Source: Candidatus Scalindua sp. (GTDB taxonomy: Bacteria > Planctomycetota > Brocadiia > Brocadiales > Scalinduaceae). From it: a stretch of DNA of 32,000 nt. The notes below the pieces were generated by a model. That model searched no databases and was not told where the DNA came from. It saw only the letters and a program-made list of their open reading frames with translations. Positions 27,316 through 32,000 of this stretch are shown piece by piece (the stretch's first letter is position 1; every line of letters begins with the position of its first letter). The position numbers and the translations under genes were made by a program. Location: the NCBI GenBank assembly GCA_031316235.1, contig JALDRA010000001.1, forward strand, positions 1,440,001-1,472,000, in the 5' to 3' direction.

Positions 27316-28464
27316 ATGGCAATGTTAATAGGAATACATGACGGGTTTGAAATACACCGCAAAGAAAAAATTATCTGTGTCAACTTTCTTGTTCAACACA
27401 GGGTGATTTCTACGTGCGGAGTAAACGGAGGATTACGTGACGATCTGGAGGGTATCGCTAATCATCAATTATGCGAGCCTCTGGGGCACGATAGAAAAGG
27501 ATTGAAGGTTATAGCCGAAAGTCCTTTTGATTATTTAAGGTCGGTTTGTGAAAAATACGGACTCTCTCCTGAAAAAAGGGCGCTCCTTGGCACTGCTGCA
27601 AACATGAACTTCGCTGCAGTGGAACCGCTGGAATATCGAGGCCTTAAGGTAGTGGCGATAAGTACGGGAGGTGTGAAAACAAACGCCGGCAGAGCCGGTG
27701 ACCCTGCAAATAGGTATGAAAAGGACGGTAAATTTATTAGTACACAAGGTGAAGTTGATGAACCTCGTGGGACAATAAACACAATAGTTATTATGAATAA
27801 AGAACTCACGCATGGAGCTATGGTCGGGTCGCTTGTTACCGCCTCCGAGGCAAAAGCCGCAGCTCTTCAGGAACTTGCTGTTAATTCCCGTTATTCATCC
27901 AGGCTAGCTACCGGAACGGGAACCGATCAGATTGGCATTGCGTCAAGGCTGACCGGAGAAATTCCCCTGACCAGCGCAGGTAAGCACACGAAGTTAGGTG
28001 AACTCCTGGGTTTGACGGTACAAAAGTCCATAAAAAAAACCCTGGCATTACAGGATTCTCTCACCCCTCAGAGTCAGCGCTCAGCCAAAATTCATCTAGA
28101 ACGATTCGGAATTGATACAAAATCAATGAAGGAAAAAATCTGCACTCTTCTGAATGAAGAAAAGTCTAAACTGCTTGAAAAGAATTTTGCAACTATTAAC
28201 CGTGATCCCGTTACTGTCGCCGCAACTTCCGCACTTGTTCACTTGCGTGATAAAATAGAGTGGGGAATCTTACCGGAAAACTGTCTACCCGAAATCTTTT
28301 CGTCCTATGGGGCACAGCTCAGTGCATCCATTTCAGGAAAGTTTGAGAGGATAGACTATTATCGGGAACGTCTTTCTCATGAACACATGGGAATCAGCAG
28401 TCATACGTTCACTAACTTCATTTGTAAATCATTCGCTCTGGGGTTTAATGAAAAATGGGAATAA
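27316..28464 (+). CDS. cbiZ: Adenosylcobinamide amidohydrolase CbiZ with a ~140-aa C-terminal extension
   Basis: CbiZ-like blocks VISTCGVNGGL, TAANMNFAAV, GTINTIVIMNKELTHGAMVGSLVTASEAKAAALQEL and TGTGTDQIGIA in the first ~250 residues. The remaining ~140 residues are not recognised. Start is ambiguous (GTG 27286 in the track, ATG 27316 or 27322). Confidence 0.8.
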   Translation: MAMLIGIHDGFEIHRKEKIICVNFLVQHRVISTCGVNGGLRDDLEGIANHQLCEPLGHDRKGLKVIAESPFDYLRSVCEKYGLSPEKRALLGTAANMNFAAVEPLEYRGLKVVAISTGGVKTNAGRAGDPANRYEKDGKFISTQGEVDEPRGTINTIVIMNKELTHGAMVGSLVTASEAKAAALQELAVNSRYSSRLATGTGTDQIGIASRLTGEIPLTSAGKHTKLGELLGLTVQKSIKKTLALQDSLTPQSQRSAKIHLERFGIDTKSMKEKICTLLNEEKSKLLEKNFATINRDPVTVAATSALVHLRDKIEWGILPENCLPEIFSSYGAQLSASISGKFERIDYYRERLSHEHMGISSHTFTNFICKSFALGFNEKWE

Positions 28465-28512
28465 GAGCATTGGAACAAAATTTTGCAGGGAAGATTCAGA
28501 ACCGGGAAACAC

Positions 28513-29214
28513 ATGAATAATCAAAAATTTTCTTTTGCCTGTTCATTTAGCGGCGGTAAAGATTCATGTCTTGCCATATACCGTGCTATACAGGCTGGGG
28601 GTGACGCAAAAAAACTCATTACAATGTTTGCTGAGGGTGGCGAGCGTAGTCGTTCTCATGGTTTACCCCTCTCTGTAGTGACTGCGCAATCACAAGCCAT
28701 GAACATACCTTTGCTCACACAGGCAACATCGTGGAATGATTACGAAAAGCACTTCACCGCCGCTTTAACATCTGTAAAGAAAGAAGGCGTAAAGCACATT
28801 GTTTTCGGTGATATCGATTTACCGGAACACCGCGATTGGGAAGAACGTACCTGTTGTGGAGTAGGGCTGCACCCTTTTCTTCCCTTGTGGCGAGAAGAGA
28901 GAAGATCACTCCTGAGAGAATTTATTGAACTTGGGTTTTGTGCCATGATCATTGCCGTTAAAGAGAATATTTTGCCGGCATCTTTACTTGGTAAAACACT
29001 CTCGCGCACAGTGATTGAAGAAATTGAACGCCAGGGTGTGGATGCATGTGGCGAAGAAGGAGAGTACCATACGCTTGTATATGACGGTCCCCTTTTTCAG
29101 TCAACACTGCAGTTTACACAGGGAGAAGTGGTGCTTCGAGATGGTTATTGGTTTTTGGATCTCCACGTACACAATAAACATATAACCCCTCCGCGAATAT
29201 CGTGGAATTGTTAA
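28513..29214 (+). CDS. Dph6/MJ0570-type N-type ATP pyrophosphatase (PP-loop ATPase, diphthine-ammonia-ligase-like domain)
   Basis: PP-loop SFSGGKDS at residues ~13-20 from ATG 28513. FGDI and the C-terminal GEEGEYHTLVYDGPLF motif are characteristic of this family as I recall it. The track start at 28483 is a TTG. Confidence 0.72.
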   Translation: MNNQKFSFACSFSGGKDSCLAIYRAIQAGGDAKKLITMFAEGGERSRSHGLPLSVVTAQSQAMNIPLLTQATSWNDYEKHFTAALTSVKKEGVKHIVFGDIDLPEHRDWEERTCCGVGLHPFLPLWREERRSLLREFIELGFCAMIIAVKENILPASLLGKTLSRTVIEEIERQGVDACGEEGEYHTLVYDGPLFQSTLQFTQGEVVLRDGYWFLDLHVHNKHITPPRISWNC

Positions 29215-29226
29215 GAAGGGGATAAA

Positions 29227-29346
29227 ATGGAAATACAGGGTACGGAAAAAGGCATACGTGTATCACGCTCATCCTGGATAACTATTGCCGTAACTTTAAT
29301 AGGTAAAGAACTATTCTACTATAGATGGAGAAAGGGGAGGAAATAA
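29227..29346 (+). CDS. Candidate 39-aa small membrane protein, translationally coupled to exbB
   Basis: Below the track's size cutoff. My translation is MEIQGTEKGIRVSRSSWITIAVTLIGKELFYYRWRKGRK. AAGGGG Shine-Dalgarno 6 nt upstream. Its TAA (29344-29346) overlaps the exbB ATG (29346) as TAATG. Confidence 0.3.
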   Translation: MEIQGTEKGIRVSRSSWITIAVTLIGKELFYYRWRKGRK

Positions 29347-29960
29347 TGCTGAATCTCATTCTAAAAGGTGGCCCGGTAATGTACCCGCTGCTGATTTGTT
29401 CACTTATCTCTCTTACAATCACTATTGAGCGAATTATCTTCTGGTCGAATGAAACAAGAAGGACAGACCGTAAACTGCTGGATCAGGTATTCGGTGAGAT
29501 TGAAAAGGGGTTTTATGATAAAGCCATTGCTCTGGGTAATACATCAAAAGATTATATGATAAAAATAGTGTGTTATGCGCTTACACATCATAAATCTTCC
29601 AGGATAAACATGCTGGAAATGGCGGCAGAAGATGAGATAGACAGGATGAAACGGGGCATGGCAATCCTGGATACCATAATAACCATGGCACCCCTGCTCG
29701 GGATTCTGGGTACCGTTACCGGAATAATAGTGTCATTTGATTTTCTCGGAAAGGCCGGTGTAGAAGATCCGAAGGCCGTTACCGGAGGGATAGCCCAGGC
29801 ACTGATTACTACCGCGGCTGGCCTGACTATAGCCCTTGCTACCATAATCCCATACAACTATTTTGTTGTCAAGCTGGAACGGGCTGCACGAAATATAGAA
29901 AAGTGTACAACAAGTTTCGAAATATATCATAAAGAGGGCAGAGATGAAGATAAATCTTAA
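29346..29960 (+). CDS. exbB: MotA/TolQ/ExbB proton-channel protein ExbB
   Basis: From ATG 29346: MLNLILKGGPVMYPLLICSLISL..., three TM segments, and the conserved LGILGTVTGII...GIAQALITTAAGLTIA region. Confidence 0.88.
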   Translation: MLNLILKGGPVMYPLLICSLISLTITIERIIFWSNETRRTDRKLLDQVFGEIEKGFYDKAIALGNTSKDYMIKIVCYALTHHKSSRINMLEMAAEDEIDRMKRGMAILDTIITMAPLLGILGTVTGIIVSFDFLGKAGVEDPKAVTGGIAQALITTAAGLTIALATIIPYNYFVVKLERAARNIEKCTTSFEIYHKEGRDEDKS

Positions 29961-30351
29961 TCTGAGAAGAAAGGGGCCCAGGATAGAGATGATACCACTG
30001 ATTGATGTCGTCTTTCTCCTACTGGTCTTTTTTATCTATGCAATGCTTTCCATGGTAGTGCATCGCGGATTTAAAGTGGATCTTCCGCAGGCGACAACGG
30101 CGGAGATAGACAAGGAAGATTATGCTTCAATTACCGTAGATAAGGATAACAGGGTACTTCTTGACAAGGAAGAGATCCTGATCGAGAACCTTTCTGAAGA
30201 AGTAAAGACAAAGATTAAGAAGGGTGTTAAGATATTTATTAATGGTGATAAAGAAGCCGACCTCGGAGTCGTAATAAACGTACTTGATATCTTGAGAAGG
30301 GACGAGATACAGGAAGTGTACTTTGAGACACAAGCTGTTGAGTATAAATAA
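29944..30351 (+). CDS. exbD: Biopolymer transport protein ExbD/TolR
   Basis: 135 aa with the IEMIPLIDVVFLLLVFFI N-terminal TM and a periplasmic domain. Overlaps the exbB 3' end by 17 nt. Confidence 0.88.
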   Translation: MKINLNLRRKGPRIEMIPLIDVVFLLLVFFIYAMLSMVVHRGFKVDLPQATTAEIDKEDYASITVDKDNRVLLDKEEILIENLSEEVKTKIKKGVKIFINGDKEADLGVVINVLDILRRDEIQEVYFETQAVEYK

Positions 30352-30444
30352 TTGAGGAATTGAAGGATTAGGGAGTTGACACACAGATGGACCGTCTTTA
30401 CTTGATCCCCCGGTTCTTCAACTTCTCAATCTCATAATTTAACT

Positions 30445-31251
30445 ATGTTTAAGAAAAATTTAATTATAGCCGGATCGATAGCTTTGTCGCTGCACGCAGC
30501 ATTAATTTTGATGTCGCCAGATATCACATCTGAACCGAAGGTGATGTTCCGAAAGGGTGAATCCAGTCTTAAGATAACCCTCGTACCGTCAGCAGCATCA
30601 ACTGCCTCCCCAAAACCTATAAATAATACACAAAAAAATGTCCTGAAGGTGGAAGACAAAAAACTAAAGGGACCCATGCCTTTACAAAAACCAGAACCCG
30701 TTACCGTAACAAAACCTGTTAACAAAAGAGAAAAACATGTCCTCAGGATGGAAGAAAAAACACTCGACAGCCCGAAACCCGTGAAAAATCCGAAAATACC
30801 GATAGAGAAGCAGGTAAAAGTTGAAGACGATATTGTGCGAAAAACGAAAGAGACAGCCTATAGTACTCAATACTTTAAATCTGAAACCAAGATCAAGGAT
30901 CAACAGAGACAAAAACAGAAGATGACCACTGATAATTCCAAAGAGATAATAGCGGATGTTAAGGCAAAAGGTGTAACAACGGGAGCTATGGTTGAAAACG
31001 TCTTTAAACCATCTTACCCCTCTCGCTGCAAAAGGCAAGGTCATGAAGGATCGACTCTGTTGGAAGTGACAATTCTCAGTAATGGTAAGCGCGGAAACAT
31101 AGAGATAATACAATCCGCTGGCTGTGAATCACTTGATAAAGCCGCCATTAACGCTTTAAAGAAAGCAAAATATATACCTGCAAAACGGATAGGTGTTCCT
31201 TTTACTGCCAAAAAGAAGATCGTGTTTAATTTTAAACTGGAGGATTCCTGA
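30445..31251 (+). CDS. tonB: Energy transducer TonB
   Basis: 268 aa. N-terminal TM with SxxxH (SLHAALILM). Lys/Pro-rich spacer with an internal repeat (QKNVLKVEDKKLKGP / EKHVLRMEEKTLDSP). C-terminal TonB domain (YPSRCKRQGHEGSTLLEVTILSNGK...AAINALKKAKYIPA). Confidence 0.88.
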   Translation: MFKKNLIIAGSIALSLHAALILMSPDITSEPKVMFRKGESSLKITLVPSAASTASPKPINNTQKNVLKVEDKKLKGPMPLQKPEPVTVTKPVNKREKHVLRMEEKTLDSPKPVKNPKIPIEKQVKVEDDIVRKTKETAYSTQYFKSETKIKDQQRQKQKMTTDNSKEIIADVKAKGVTTGAMVENVFKPSYPSRCKRQGHEGSTLLEVTILSNGKRGNIEIIQSAGCESLDKAAINALKKAKYIPAKRIGVPFTAKKKIVFNFKLEDS

Positions 31252-31262
31252 CAGGAAAATCA

Positions 31263-31598
31263 ATGGACAGAATACAGAATAACGTACCTTCAAACACTTC
31301 TCTCTACGATCTCATCAGTTCTGATATATCCGGTAATGATTTATTGTTAATCGCCCTGCTCGTGATGCTGATCATTACGATGAGAAGATTCCCCGGACAA
31401 TACCTCGAAAGAAGAAAACATCAGGCCATGCATACTATTAAAATTTTAATAGACAAGAGTAACGATAGCAAACTTACCGTGTTTACAAAACGTGTTGATG
31501 CGCTGAGCATGGGATTGCCGTTTCACAGAGAAAATTATTTTACAGCCATCGTCCAGGGTCTGAAAGACGGTAAGGCAGCGCATATCCCTGATGATTGA
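31263..31598 (+). CDS. Hypothetical single-pass membrane protein, last gene of the btuB-tonB operon
   Basis: 111-aa ORF 11 nt after tonB, with AGGAAA upstream. One TM (DLLLIALLVMLIITM) followed by a charged cytoplasmic tail. No family recognised. Confidence 0.45.
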   Translation: MDRIQNNVPSNTSLYDLISSDISGNDLLLIALLVMLIITMRRFPGQYLERRKHQAMHTIKILIDKSNDSKLTVFTKRVDALSMGLPFHRENYFTAIVQGLKDGKAAHIPDD

Positions 31599-31736
31599 TA
31601 CCATTCCCGGGCTTCGTATTTACATGAGGTAAAAATATCCTTTTTTATACTGAGGCAAGATGCATGATTAATAAGTGCTTAGGTTTGCCTAAAAACCAAA
31701 TCCTGGTTGCTGGTATCCCCGGACAAAAAAATGCCG

Positions 31737-31760
31737 AGGAGTTTGCCCGCTCCTTTTTTT
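31737..31760 (+). terminator. Weak candidate intrinsic terminator after the btuB-tonB operon
   Basis: AGGAG/CTCCT 5-bp stem with an 8-nt loop, followed by T7 and preceded by A7 (bidirectional shape). The short stem keeps confidence low. Confidence 0.3.
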
Positions 31761-32000
31761 CTCGGATTTTATCAGAAAACCCTTATAAGATGAGTATAAG
31801 AGCGGAACCAACCCTTGGTCCTGAATGCGGTACACACTACATGTTGAGCAACATCTTATGAATAAGTCGTTTACAAGAGGGCAGTTAGTTCCAGCCATTC
31901 AATCCCAGCACGTATGTTCCGTAAAATTTAATTCTCATAAAAATCACCACAAAATCCTAGCTTGACAAAGCAGGTAAAGTAAAGTAAGGTTTATGCCGGC

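Noticed and set aside
31664-31898. Mutually overlapping 65-aa (plus) and 69-aa (minus) ORFs at the right edge
   Set aside because: Neither has a recognisable motif or Shine-Dalgarno. The region contains an A7-hairpin-T7 terminator-like structure, which argues for non-coding DNA.
1-32000. Searched for mobile elements, CRISPR arrays, tRNA/rRNA genes, and defence or toxin-antitoxin-like gene pairs
   Set aside because: I saw no transposase, integrase or recombinase-like ORF and no regularly spaced short repeats. I also found no cloverleaf-compatible or rRNA-like sequences by eye, and no small two-gene cassettes outside the B12 operons.

Overview
This window is dominated by a cobalamin (B12) regulon from a diderm, probably anaerobic bacterium of about 41-42% GC. 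I cannot assign taxonomy from sequence alone.

Left flank (1-8.4 kb):
- a truncated aspartase/fumarase-family gene
- an oxidative-stress and thiol-redox group (superoxide reductase, DsbD, thioredoxin)
- a GNAT acetyltransferase
- a cytoplasmic PAS-GAF-PAS hybrid histidine kinase preceded by an unknown 177-aa protein

Core (9-31.6 kb):
- a cobalamin riboswitch with an intrinsic terminator driving cbiMNQO (cobalt ECF importer)
- a convergent nine-gene anaerobic corrin-ring operon, cbiA-X-D-C-ET-L-G-H-F, on the minus strand with tightly coupled overlapping junctions
- a long plus-strand operon: btuB-btuF-btuC-btuD-cbiZ, a Dph6-like PP-loop ATPase, a 39-codon ORF, exbB-exbD-tonB, and a 111-aa membrane protein

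I saw no rRNA, tRNA, CRISPR array, transposase or integrase.

Observations most worth a second look:
1. The btuB leader carries two different cobalamin aptamers in series. The first has its own terminator.
2. That first aptamer is a copy of the cbiM riboswitch, with 1 mismatch in 217 nt. The two copies are direct repeats bracketing the 12.8-kb cobalt-transport and cbi block.
3. A 176-nt element closed by a perfect 20-bp inverted repeat sits between the cbiM riboswitch terminator and cbiM.
4. A Dph6/MJ0570-type ATP pyrophosphatase lies immediately downstream of cbiZ, which suggests an undescribed corrinoid-salvage step.
5. CbiZ carries an unrecognised C-terminal extension of about 140 aa.

All functional calls rest on motif recognition by eye. 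No database search was run.
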